Source: Planctopirus limnophila DSM 3776
Lineage (GTDB): Bacteria > Planctomycetota > Planctomycetia > Planctomycetales > Planctomycetaceae
Direction: 5' to 3'
NCBI RefSeq assembly: GCF_000092105.1
Contig: NC_014148.1
Coordinates: 4,890,001 to 4,922,000, forward strand
Length of the DNA stretch: 32,000 nucleotides
This document shows positions 8,867 through 17,047 of the stretch, piece after piece. The position numbers and the translations under genes were made by a program. The first letter of the stretch is position 1; each line of letters begins with the position of its first letter. A model generated the notes under the pieces. It made no database searches. It was not told the origin of the DNA and saw only the letters and a program-made list of their open reading frames with translations.

Positions 8867-9310
8867 TCATGGTTTCACCTCTGGCGAAATGGGAAGGTCG
8901 CACAGGGGAATCACTCCTTTGGTAGATGCCAGCACCTGCCCTAAGGTGACACCGGCAAATGCTTTTTCCGTGTGGGCATAGGCTTTGTCGAGTTCGGCAT
9001 GCAATGGGCAGAGCTCTGTATGCGAAGGCAAACCCAAGGGGCATTGACGAATTCGCTCCAGTGGCGAGACGGCATTGATGACATCGAGAATTGATAGTTC
9101 CTTGGGATCGACCAGCAGGCTGTGACCACCCCCCGGGCCCGATTTGGACTTTACAATCCCGGCTCTCCCCAGATCCTGCAGCACGGTATTGAGATACCGC
9201 CGGGGAACCTGCGTGCGAGTGGCGAGTTCGTCAGCCAGCACAATTCCCTCACGGGCACTGGCCAGGCAGGCAACTGTCCGCAAGGCATATTCCGCCGTTT
9301 TTGAAATCAT
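8867..9310 (-). CDS. Rrf2-family transcriptional regulator (NsrR-like by context)
   Basis: 147-aa ORF with the typical Rrf2 N-terminus [17 protein letters not shown] and a winged HTH ([31 protein letters not shown]). It has a Cys/His cluster, C90-x10-C101-x2-H104. It is transcribed divergently from hmp. A GGAGG lies 13 nt upstream of the ATG. Confidence 0.88.
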   Translation of the reverse strand: MISKTAEYALRTVACLASAREGIVLADELATRTQVPRRYLNTVLQDLGRAGIVKSKSGPGGGHSLLVDPKELSILDVINAVSPLERIRQCPLGLPSHTELCPLHAELDKAYAHTEKAFAGVTLGQVLASTKGVIPLCDLPISPEVKP

Positions 9311-9484
9311 AATCTGAAGAAAACCTCCGTTGAGATCCTATTCTACACCTTGACGTGTATTATTAAAGTGGTAGAGTTCAGTCAGCCATGATTTACCGAA
9401 AAACTTTCACAACACGATTGGTCAATGATGGCTCGCTGTCTCGTCATCGATGGGCCATAAACGATTTACCTCTGGAGTCACAGC
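9311..9484. promoter_or_regulatory. Divergent rrf2 / hmp control region with a candidate operator
   Basis: 174-bp AT-enriched spacer between divergent genes. It contains an imperfect inverted repeat TCTACACC-N18-GTGGTAGA (about 9342-9376) that encloses TTGACG and TATTAT/TATTAA boxes. Promoter and operator assignments are not verified. Confidence 0.35.
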
Positions 9485-10771
9485 ATGCTTTCATCGGCCA
9501 CACTTTCGGTTGTTCGCTCGACGGCACCAGCCCTGGCAGAACATGCCCAGAGTATTACCAAGCAATTCTATCAACTCATGCTCACAGAGCATCCTGAACT
9601 CTGGGCCTATTTCAACCCGGCTCATCAGCAAAGCGGGCGGCAATCCATGGCTCTTGCCAATGCGATTGTGGCCTATGCGACGCATATCGAGAATCTGGCA
9701 GTGCTTTTGCCAGCGGTCGAACTCATTGCCCAGAAGCATTGCTCTCTGGGTGTTCAACCGGAGCATTACCCGATTGTGGGGAAGTATCTGCTGCGGGCGA
9801 TTCGCGATGTTCTGGGAGGTGCCGCGACTGATGATGTCCTGACGGCCTGGGGAGAAGCTTACCAGTTGCTGGCAGACATTCTGATTGAACGTGAAGCGGC
9901 CATTTACAGCGAGCAGCAGTCTCAACCCGGGGGCTGGAAGGGCTATCGTACTTTCGTAGTCGAACGGAAGGTTCCCGAATGCGAAACCATTACGTCGTTC
10001 TATCTGAAGCCAGCCGATCATCAGTCTTTGCCGGAATTCAAGCCGGGGCAATACATTACGGTTAAGCTTCCGCCTCAAAGCAAAGGTTTCAGATCGTCAG
10101 AAGAAGGGGGAACTGGAGAGTTTCCACGCGGACTGCTCTCTCCTCGCAACTACAGCCTTTCCGATCAGCCGGGGAAGGATTACTTCCGGATCAGCGTCAA
10201 ACGAGAGGCCGCTCGTGAGGAAATTGCTCCGGTCGATGGGCTGGTCTCCAATCATCTGCACGACGGCATTCACGAAGGTGATCATCTGGAAGTGGGCCCC
10301 CCATGTGGCGAATTCTCCATCGATCCAGCCCTCGCAGCCCAGAAACGACTTGTCTTTGTGGCGGGTGGAGTTGGAATCACGCCACTCCTCTCAATGCTCA
10401 AAACTGTGATTGCGGAACAGCCTCAACAACCAATCCGTTTCATTGTGCTGACGAGAAACAGCGGGTCACATTCCCATCGACAGGAACTCATCGATCTGGC
10501 GACTCGATGCCCACAACTGAAACTGCATCTGCACTACAGCCAGCCGCTGGAAAATGATCGACAAGAAGACGGCTTTCATACACAAGGCCCTGTCAATCAG
10601 AACCTGTTGAAGGAACTTCTGGCCACGCAGGCGACAGAGACGGAGTACTATTTCTGTGGACCTTCTGCACTGATGCAGGAGATTATCTCAGCACTTTCGG
10701 AACTGCAGATCGATCCATCGCGAATCCATTATGAATTCTTTGGCCCAAAGGTCGCGCTCACCATCGCCTGA
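9485..10771 (+). CDS. hmp: Flavohemoglobin (NO dioxygenase)
   Basis: The globin domain has TyrB10 (KQFYQLM), GlnE7 (QQSGRQSMALANAI) and the proximal His (IAQKHCSLGV). The FAD motif is RNYSLS. The NAD(P)H motif is GGVGITPLLSML. The C-terminus is HYEFFGP. Total length is 428 aa. Confidence 0.93.
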   Translation: MLSSATLSVVRSTAPALAEHAQSITKQFYQLMLTEHPELWAYFNPAHQQSGRQSMALANAIVAYATHIENLAVLLPAVELIAQKHCSLGVQPEHYPIVGKYLLRAIRDVLGGAATDDVLTAWGEAYQLLADILIEREAAIYSEQQSQPGGWKGYRTFVVERKVPECETITSFYLKPADHQSLPEFKPGQYITVKLPPQSKGFRSSEEGGTGEFPRGLLSPRNYSLSDQPGKDYFRISVKREAAREEIAPVDGLVSNHLHDGIHEGDHLEVGPPCGEFSIDPALAAQKRLVFVAGGVGITPLLSMLKTVIAEQPQQPIRFIVLTRNSGSHSHRQELIDLATRCPQLKLHLHYSQPLENDRQEDGFHTQGPVNQNLLKELLATQATETEYYFCGPSALMQEIISALSELQIDPSRIHYEFFGPKVALTIA

Positions 10772-10894
10772 TTGATCACATCAGATCCTGTCGATACAGC
10801 TTCTTGCAGCCGAACAGTGACGACCAGTTATCGCCGCTATCATTTATAAATAATTTTGTTTGGGTGCTCATTCGATTTGTCTTGGCCAGAGTCT

Positions 10895-10930
10895 GGGTGG
10901 CTGGGGTCAAACGTCTTCGTTTGCCCCCAG
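10895..10930 (-). repeat. Hairpin repeat, copy B (reverse orientation)
   Basis: The plus strand reads GGGTGG-CTGGGGTCAAACG-TCTT-CGTTTGCCCCCAG followed by TTCTTTGG. Its reverse complement is identical to copy A over 34 nt. It lies 124 nt downstream of the hmp stop. Confidence 0.8.
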
Positions 10931-11019
10931 TTCTTTGGACTTTGATCGTTTTTAACGAACAGCATGAAAAGACATGAATCTATGTTTCGGATGCATTTGC
11001 GCTGGGGAAGTTTGTTGAC

Positions 11020-11055
11020 CAGGGGGCGGATGAAGACATCCGACCCCTGCCACCC
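11020..11055 (+). repeat. Hairpin repeat, copy D
   Basis: Sequence is CAGGGGGCGGATG-AAGA-CATCCGACCCCTG-CCACCC. It has the same architecture as copies A and B, but both the outer stem (T:A to A:T) and the inner stem (CAAACG/CGTTTG to CGGATG/CATCCG) carry compensatory changes. It is inverted relative to copy B, 89 bp away. Confidence 0.8.
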
Positions 11056-11272
11056 GGACAAGAACCACGTCCTTTCGCACTGTTTTGAATTTTTAGGGGC
11101 TTGAGGGTCGTGCCACCCAAGCCCAAGGCATGAGAAGCGGCAGGGCACAAGCATGTCGCGGTTTTCTGATGTCATGCCACTGCACGACATCTTCAGCCAC
11201 AAATTAGCCGGGCTAACCCATTTCACTTTTTTCTGGGATGACGATCATGCCAACACATGTCTGAGATGTAGT

Positions 11273-12106
11273 TTATCGCTGCTGATGATTCTGTTCGGCT
11301 TTCTCGACTTTTTTCCAGAACTCGCTGTTCATTTCGGGGCAGAACTTTTCCAGCAGTTCCTTCATACGTTCCACCTTTGCAGCGAGCACGTCATCGCGAG
11401 CGGCACGCCGGTTCACGTAGCTCCCTTCGACCAGCATATGGGCAAAGATCTCGGCTTTATCCTCTTCAACGCCCATGGTGGAATAATGATTCAGAAATCC
11501 GGGATACTTATCAGTGAGTACCGAAGTCTCAGCCAAATCCTGCACGCTTTTTCCTCCGCCGCGTGAGTATTGAAACTGAGGTGGATTCAGCAATAGCCAG
11601 CGATCGTCATTATAGAGTCGGCCATCATCGCGATAGTCGATCATATGGTAAAAATCGTGATGCATCACTTTACGCATATAGAGACTGTTCTCGATCCCTC
11701 GAACAATATCGAGATAGAGCGTATTATGCTCGAAATCGGGAACGGCATTACGCCTTTGGCCGGCAAATGAAAGTTCGTCACAGAAGACAACTCTTTTCAA
11801 TTTCGCCAGGCGAATCAGTTTTGGCGGATAAAGTGAAAACTCTTGAACGAAGAGTGGCTGATAAGCCAGAAGCTGCTGCTCGGCTGCTGCTTTTCCTTCA
11901 ATGAGGCCATGAGTTGTTTTTAGCGGAAAATCGAGATTCGATGTGAGGATCTCAATTTGATAGTTGTGGGCTACTCGCTGCAATTCGTCGACAGGAGTCA
12001 TTTCGTTTTGGGGAGGCTCAGCGTGTGCCGGACTGATTTCCGAGTAACCTGAGAACAGAGAAATACTTAGAAAGATTGATAATAGTAAATTGGATAGTAA
12101 ATGCAT
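11273..12106 (-). CDS. Secreted hypothetical protein (possible metal-binding HHDFYH motif)
   Basis: 277-aa ORF with a signal peptide (LLSNLLLSIFLSISLFSGYSEISPAHA). I recognise no family. It contains a His-rich motif, VMHHDFYHMIDYRDDG. The gene looks more AT-rich than its neighbours by eye. Confidence 0.6.
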   Translation of the reverse strand: MHLLSNLLLSIFLSISLFSGYSEISPAHAEPPQNEMTPVDELQRVAHNYQIEILTSNLDFPLKTTHGLIEGKAAAEQQLLAYQPLFVQEFSLYPPKLIRLAKLKRVVFCDELSFAGQRRNAVPDFEHNTLYLDIVRGIENSLYMRKVMHHDFYHMIDYRDDGRLYNDDRWLLLNPPQFQYSRGGGKSVQDLAETSVLTDKYPGFLNHYSTMGVEEDKAEIFAHMLVEGSYVNRRAARDDVLAAKVERMKELLEKFCPEMNSEFWKKVEKAEQNHQQR

Positions 12107-12194
12107 TCGATATTCACTTGTAGATAGGAATCGATCATCCCTATACGAACTTAATCACAGATTCAGTGGGCTAGTCTCATGTTTCATCAGGCCA

Positions 12195-13850
12195 CTAGAC
12201 TTTGACATGAATCCATCGCCCGGCCAGGTAGCGCCAACTGATCAGGCCACATCGAAGAATGTTATCAGCTCCCATGCCGATCCAGGCACCAAACAAGCCG
12301 TAGTTAAGACCAATTCCCAGATACCACGCCAAGGGGACTCTGACAAAGAAAGTCCCCAGAAAGGCGCACCATAGGGGAAACCTTGTATCTCCCGAACCCC
12401 GCAAGGTACTGACCAGGACAATCAGAATCGCGTTTGGAATCTGATAGCAGGCCATCAGTCTGAAGGGATCGACGCCAATTGTCTGCACGAGCGGGTCAAT
12501 GTGCATCTGGGCGTAGATCTGCGGTGCGAAAGTAAAGAACAGGACGGACATCAGGGCGGCATATGCGACGGCCTGACCGACAGCAGCAAAGCCACAGGCA
12601 CGAGCCAGATCGGGTCGTTGTGCACCAAGGTAGCGACCGGCCAGGCTTCCGCTGGCAATACCAAAGGCGACTGCTGGCAGATACGACAACGCTTCCACTC
12701 GCACGCCGATAATATGAGCCGCAAAGGCCGCTTCTCCGTCGGTGAGTCGGGATATAATCATGAGAAACAGAAAGTGTCCCGTGAAGGTGGCGACGCCATC
12801 AAGAGCAGCAGGCCCGCCGATGCGCATCAGTCGCCAGGTGCTTTCCCGCCGGATCAGAAACTCTTTGTAGACGATCTGGAGGACTGTTCTGCCAGATGTC
12901 AGAAACCAGGCCATGAGCAGAGCGCCAGTGAATTGGGCACAGACGGTTCCGTAGACGATCCCATTGACTCCCAGCGTGGGAACAGGCCCCAAGCCATAGA
13001 CAAAGGTTGTGGAAAGGACGATGTTAACGACACTTGTGAGACAGAGCACATAGAGCGGAGTGCGCATATCGCCGGCGCCTCGCAGACTCGCTGCTCCCAC
13101 CAGCACCCAGGCGGAAAAGATCTGACCGATGGCGTCGATTCTCAGGTAAGTCACACCAATCTGGACGGATTCTCCCGAGAGTCCTAACAGCCAGACAATG
13201 CCGGGGGCCATTGTGAACAGGACGCAAGAAACCGATATCCCCAGGCAGATCGCCAGTGCCATGGCTCTCGAAATGATCGTGCGGGCTTCATCAAATTGAT
13301 GGGCTCCCCAGAACCTGGCGATGAGTGCGGTGGCTCCCACTCCGACCAGGCCGAAAATCATCGAACCCAGCCAACTGACATAAGCCGCCATGCCAATGGC
13401 GGCGGTTTCCTCCTGCCCCAGTCGACCAGAAAGGTAGACATCGAAGAACCCGACCGAAAAATGCAGCACCTGCTCTAACAGGACTGGCCAGGCAAGCAAA
13501 ATGACGGCGCGATGGGCACCCGCCGAGGAGAGATGATCGGGCAACGAAGTTTGCCGCTCAGCTTCTCGTGGCGAGGAAGTGGTGTTCACCAGCTGCACTG
13601 GAGAAACCTCTTCCACTGAAGCGTTGGAAAGAGGAGCGTGAGAATCAGCCGCTGGATTTCGAACATCAGTCGGGATGCCGTCAACAGATTGTGGTTTTGC
13701 CAACACAGCATCCTTAACCTGCGGGGTGGCTCTGCACGCCGCGCGACTGTCTTCGAATTCGCTACTGGAGTTTAGCAGTTCTCCTGAACTTATCGATTCC
13801 ATCGACCAGCCTGAGGAATCAACCTGCGGGGGAAAATTCTCTCGCATCAC
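12195..13850 (-). CDS. MATE-family efflux transporter with a roughly 100-aa N-terminal extension
   Basis: The core has about 12 hydrophobic helices and a typical MATE opening (ILLAWPVLLEQVLHFSVGFFDVYLSGRLG). The internal repeat is GGPAALDGVATFTGHFLFLMIISRL. The N-terminal extension is Ser/Pro/Glu-rich and probably disordered. The start codon is not verified. Confidence 0.85.
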   Translation of the reverse strand: MMRENFPPQVDSSGWSMESISSGELLNSSSEFEDSRAACRATPQVKDAVLAKPQSVDGIPTDVRNPAADSHAPLSNASVEEVSPVQLVNTTSSPREAERQTSLPDHLSSAGAHRAVILLAWPVLLEQVLHFSVGFFDVYLSGRLGQEETAAIGMAAYVSWLGSMIFGLVGVGATALIARFWGAHQFDEARTIISRAMALAICLGISVSCVLFTMAPGIVWLLGLSGESVQIGVTYLRIDAIGQIFSAWVLVGAASLRGAGDMRTPLYVLCLTSVVNIVLSTTFVYGLGPVPTLGVNGIVYGTVCAQFTGALLMAWFLTSGRTVLQIVYKEFLIRRESTWRLMRIGGPAALDGVATFTGHFLFLMIISRLTDGEAAFAAHIIGVRVEALSYLPAVAFGIASGSLAGRYLGAQRPDLARACGFAAVGQAVAYAALMSVLFFTFAPQIYAQMHIDPLVQTIGVDPFRLMACYQIPNAILIVLVSTLRGSGDTRFPLWCAFLGTFFVRVPLAWYLGIGLNYGLFGAWIGMGADNILRCGLISWRYLAGRWIHVKV

Positions 13851-14009
13851 GACGCATCAATACGTTATTATCTTTTGGTTGGTTGCTTCGCAGGGCGAAT
13901 TGATCGTTAGGATTAGCAGGCTCACGGTTTTCCCCGAGTCTCGGTGCGTTGTATTTCAGGCGAACGGTCCATTTTCATGACTCTGCGGTATTTTTCCCGG
14001 TGAACAATT

Positions 14010-16964
14010 ATGGTTACGGCCTCTCAATTCTCCTGGAAAAGTCGTCTCTCTGCGAAAAGTCGTCCATCTGCCTGGCTTTCCCTGGTAGCTGCGATGGCTT
14101 TAGCACTGGGGATGATCCCGGCACAGGCCGAGCAGACGCCTGCGGAATTCTTCGAAGCGCGGATTCGTCCTGTTCTGATTAAAGAGTGTTATTCGTGCCA
14201 TTCTAGTCAGGCTCCGGTGCTCAAGGGCGCGCTCAACCTTGAGCACCGAGCTGGCTGGCAAACCGGGGGCGATTCCGGCCCAGCGATTGTTCCCGGGAAT
14301 CCGGAAGACAGTCTGCTCCTTTCCGCGATGAAATTTGACGGTCTCGAAATGCCACCAGCCGGGCGTTTATCGAATGAGACCATTGCTGACTTTGAAAGCT
14401 GGATCAAAGCGGGTGCTTTCGATCCCCGGTCTGAGACCGCCACGACTGCAAAGAATGCTCCGCTCAGTGGCATGAGTATCGAAGCTGGTAAACAGTTCTG
14501 GTCATTTCAGCCATTAACTCAGGCTGCGCCACCAGCTTTACAGAATCCTGGATGGGCCGCAGTCGCGACCGATGAGAGTTCGACACACAGCCGGTTGATT
14601 GACCAATGGGTTCTGGCTCGACTGGAGGCGGCCCAATTAGCTCCTTCACCACCGGCCGATGTCCGCACGCTGGTACGCCGCATTTACATCGATCTGACAG
14701 GGCTGACACCTTCGGCCCAGGAGGTCGAGGAATTCTGCAAGGATCAGCGTCCAGATCGCATCGAGCGGCTGGTGGATCAACTTCTGGATCGTCCTGAGTA
14801 CGCAGAGCATTGGGCACGCCGGTGGCTTGATGTCGCTCGTTATGCCGACAGCAATGGCTCGGATTTCAACGCCACCTTCCGTGAAGCGTGGCGGTATCGA
14901 AATTATGTGATCGAAGCCTACAAAAACGATCTGCCTTACGATCAATTCATTCAAGAGCAACTCGCCGGAGATCTGCTGCCATCCACTTCGGAAGAGGAGC
15001 GTATTCGAAAACTGGTCGCGACGGGCTTTCTGATGCTCGGCCCGAAAATGCTGAGTGAACGCGACAAACTCAAGCTGCAGATGGATGTCGTGGATGAGCA
15101 ACTGGACACGATCGGCAAAGCGTTCCTGGGTATGACGATGGGTTGTGCCCGGTGCCACGACCACAAATTCGATCCCGTTCCAACGGCGGATTACTACGCC
15201 ATGGCGGGCATTCTCAAGAATACGCTCTCCTTACAGGGCGAAATTCAGAAGTATGTTTCCGACTGGCCTGAGGTTCCACTTCCGATCCGTGCGGAACACC
15301 GCATCGCACTGGAACAGTTCGAGCAGGCCAGGAAGTCTTTGCAATCACAACTGGCTTCGATCAAGAAGCAGTTGAATAGTTCCACAGGCTCGACGAACGA
15401 AGGATCTGACAGGCAATTGGAACTTGGCATTGTTGTCGATGATACGGCTGCCGAGTTTGTGGGAGAGTGGAAACAGAGCACACACTCCAAGCCCTATGTA
15501 GGTGCGGGCTATCGTCACGACGACAATGCCGACAAAGGTGAGAAATCGGCCACTTTCAAGACCGCGCTGCCAGCCGATGACGAGTACGAAGTACGTGTCT
15601 CATTTACACCGGCGGCGGCCCGGGCTCAAGCTGTGCCCATTTCTGTGACGCATGCTGCGGGTGAGACCACAGTCAAACTCAATCAACAGAAGTCGGGGCC
15701 GTTTGGTGGTCTGTTCGAATCGATCGGTCGCTTCCGCTTCAAGGCCGATACCCCTGCGGTGGTCAAGTTTGAGACGGCTGGCACAAAGGGACATGTGATT
15801 GTTGATGCCGTCCAATGGATCCCTGTGCGCGATATTGAAGCCCATCGGGCCATGCTGGCGAAAGCTGCCAGCCAGTCTCAGGCGAATGCGGAACGAGACA
15901 AACTGCAGAACGAAATGAAGGCCATGGAAGGGAAAATGGCGGAGCTGCTCAAGACTGCACCGCCCCCGGCTCCCAAGGCCATGGCTGCTCAGAATACCCC
16001 CTCATTTGCCGACTGTGCGATCTGCATTCGAGGTGAGCCTCACCAGTTGGGAAAAGTCGTCCCTCGGGGTTTCCTGCAGGTGGCTTCATGGGAGCCTGCA
16101 CAACCCATCCCTGCCGATGCGAGTGGTCGCAAAGAACTCGCGAACTGGGTGGCCCATCCTCAAAATCCTTTAACGGCCCGCGTGTATGTCAATCGGATCT
16201 GGAAATCCCTGCTCGGAACAGGCATTGTCCGTACGACAGATAACTTTGGTGTGTTGGGCGAACGGCCCACACATCCAGAACTGCTCGACGCGCTCGCGAG
16301 CAGTTTTATCCAACAAGGCTGGTCGACGAAGAAGCTCATTCGTGCGATTGTCCTCTCGAAGACTTACCAGCAGTCTTCGACCTATCGTCCGGATGCAGCG
16401 GCCATTGATCCCGAGAACAAACTTCTCTGGCGCGCTAACCGGCAGCGACTTTCGGCGGAATCAACTCGCGACAGCCTGATTGCTCTCACGACCGGGCTGG
16501 AGACGCCGGATCGGGATTCTCCCGTCAAGTCGCTGGGCAAGCTGGTTGCCGAAAACAATCCCAAAGGTGGTGCGAAAGCGATTCAGGAATCGCGGACGAG
16601 AACTATTTATCAACCGGTGGTGCGCGGCGAGATTTCCCCACTGCTGGCTGTATTTGATTTTGCTGACCCTGATTTTGTCGTGGGTGATCGCTCTGTCAGT
16701 ACAGTCCCTGCCCAGGCGTTGGTGATGTTGAACAGCCCGTTCGTGAAAGAGTCGGCACAACAGATCGCCCGCCAGGTCGTGGAAGATGCCAGCATTCCCA
16801 GTGATGGTCGAGCCAGTGCCATTTATCTGCGATTACTGGGCCGTCCTGCTCAAGAAGAAGAAATTCAACTGGCCAACAAACTGGCTGGCCCGGGTGATCT
16901 GGCAGGCTGGTCGCGCGTGGCACATGCCCTGATTGCCTCGACCGAATTCCGCTGGCGGGATTGA
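14010..16964 (+). CDS. PSCyt1 / DUF1549 (PSCyt2) / DUF1553 (PSD1) multidomain protein
   Basis: 984 aa with a signal peptide. The planctomycete cytochrome c domain carries CYSCH and GGDSGPAIVPGNPEDSLLL. The DUF1549 region is RRIYIDLTGLTPSAQEV and WLDVARYADSNG. The DUF1553 core is GCARCHDHKFDP. The C-terminus is typical for this family. Confidence 0.9.
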   Translation: MVTASQFSWKSRLSAKSRPSAWLSLVAAMALALGMIPAQAEQTPAEFFEARIRPVLIKECYSCHSSQAPVLKGALNLEHRAGWQTGGDSGPAIVPGNPEDSLLLSAMKFDGLEMPPAGRLSNETIADFESWIKAGAFDPRSETATTAKNAPLSGMSIEAGKQFWSFQPLTQAAPPALQNPGWAAVATDESSTHSRLIDQWVLARLEAAQLAPSPPADVRTLVRRIYIDLTGLTPSAQEVEEFCKDQRPDRIERLVDQLLDRPEYAEHWARRWLDVARYADSNGSDFNATFREAWRYRNYVIEAYKNDLPYDQFIQEQLAGDLLPSTSEEERIRKLVATGFLMLGPKMLSERDKLKLQMDVVDEQLDTIGKAFLGMTMGCARCHDHKFDPVPTADYYAMAGILKNTLSLQGEIQKYVSDWPEVPLPIRAEHRIALEQFEQARKSLQSQLASIKKQLNSSTGSTNEGSDRQLELGIVVDDTAAEFVGEWKQSTHSKPYVGAGYRHDDNADKGEKSATFKTALPADDEYEVRVSFTPAAARAQAVPISVTHAAGETTVKLNQQKSGPFGGLFESIGRFRFKADTPAVVKFETAGTKGHVIVDAVQWIPVRDIEAHRAMLAKAASQSQANAERDKLQNEMKAMEGKMAELLKTAPPPAPKAMAAQNTPSFADCAICIRGEPHQLGKVVPRGFLQVASWEPAQPIPADASGRKELANWVAHPQNPLTARVYVNRIWKSLLGTGIVRTTDNFGVLGERPTHPELLDALASSFIQQGWSTKKLIRAIVLSKTYQQSSTYRPDAAAIDPENKLLWRANRQRLSAESTRDSLIALTTGLETPDRDSPVKSLGKLVAENNPKGGAKAIQESRTRTIYQPVVRGEISPLLAVFDFADPDFVVGDRSVSTVPAQALVMLNSPFVKESAQQIARQVVEDASIPSDGRASAIYLRLLGRPAQEEEIQLANKLAGPGDLAGWSRVAHALIASTEFRWRD

Positions 16965-17047
16965 TGCACTTCGAAGCACCAGCAGATCGATCCCACAGCC
17001 TCGACTTATGAAACTGTTTTTCTGTTACCCGTCGTCAGGATTGAGCG

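Noticed and set aside
10840-11226. 128-aa ORF on the minus strand in the hmp 3' intergenic region.
   Set aside because: It is assembled from the two hairpin-repeat copies and the spacer between them. The repeat is conserved as a structure, not as a peptide: copy D changes nearly every codon while keeping base pairing. I recognise no domain, and it lies in a convergent spacer. I treat it as a spurious ORF.
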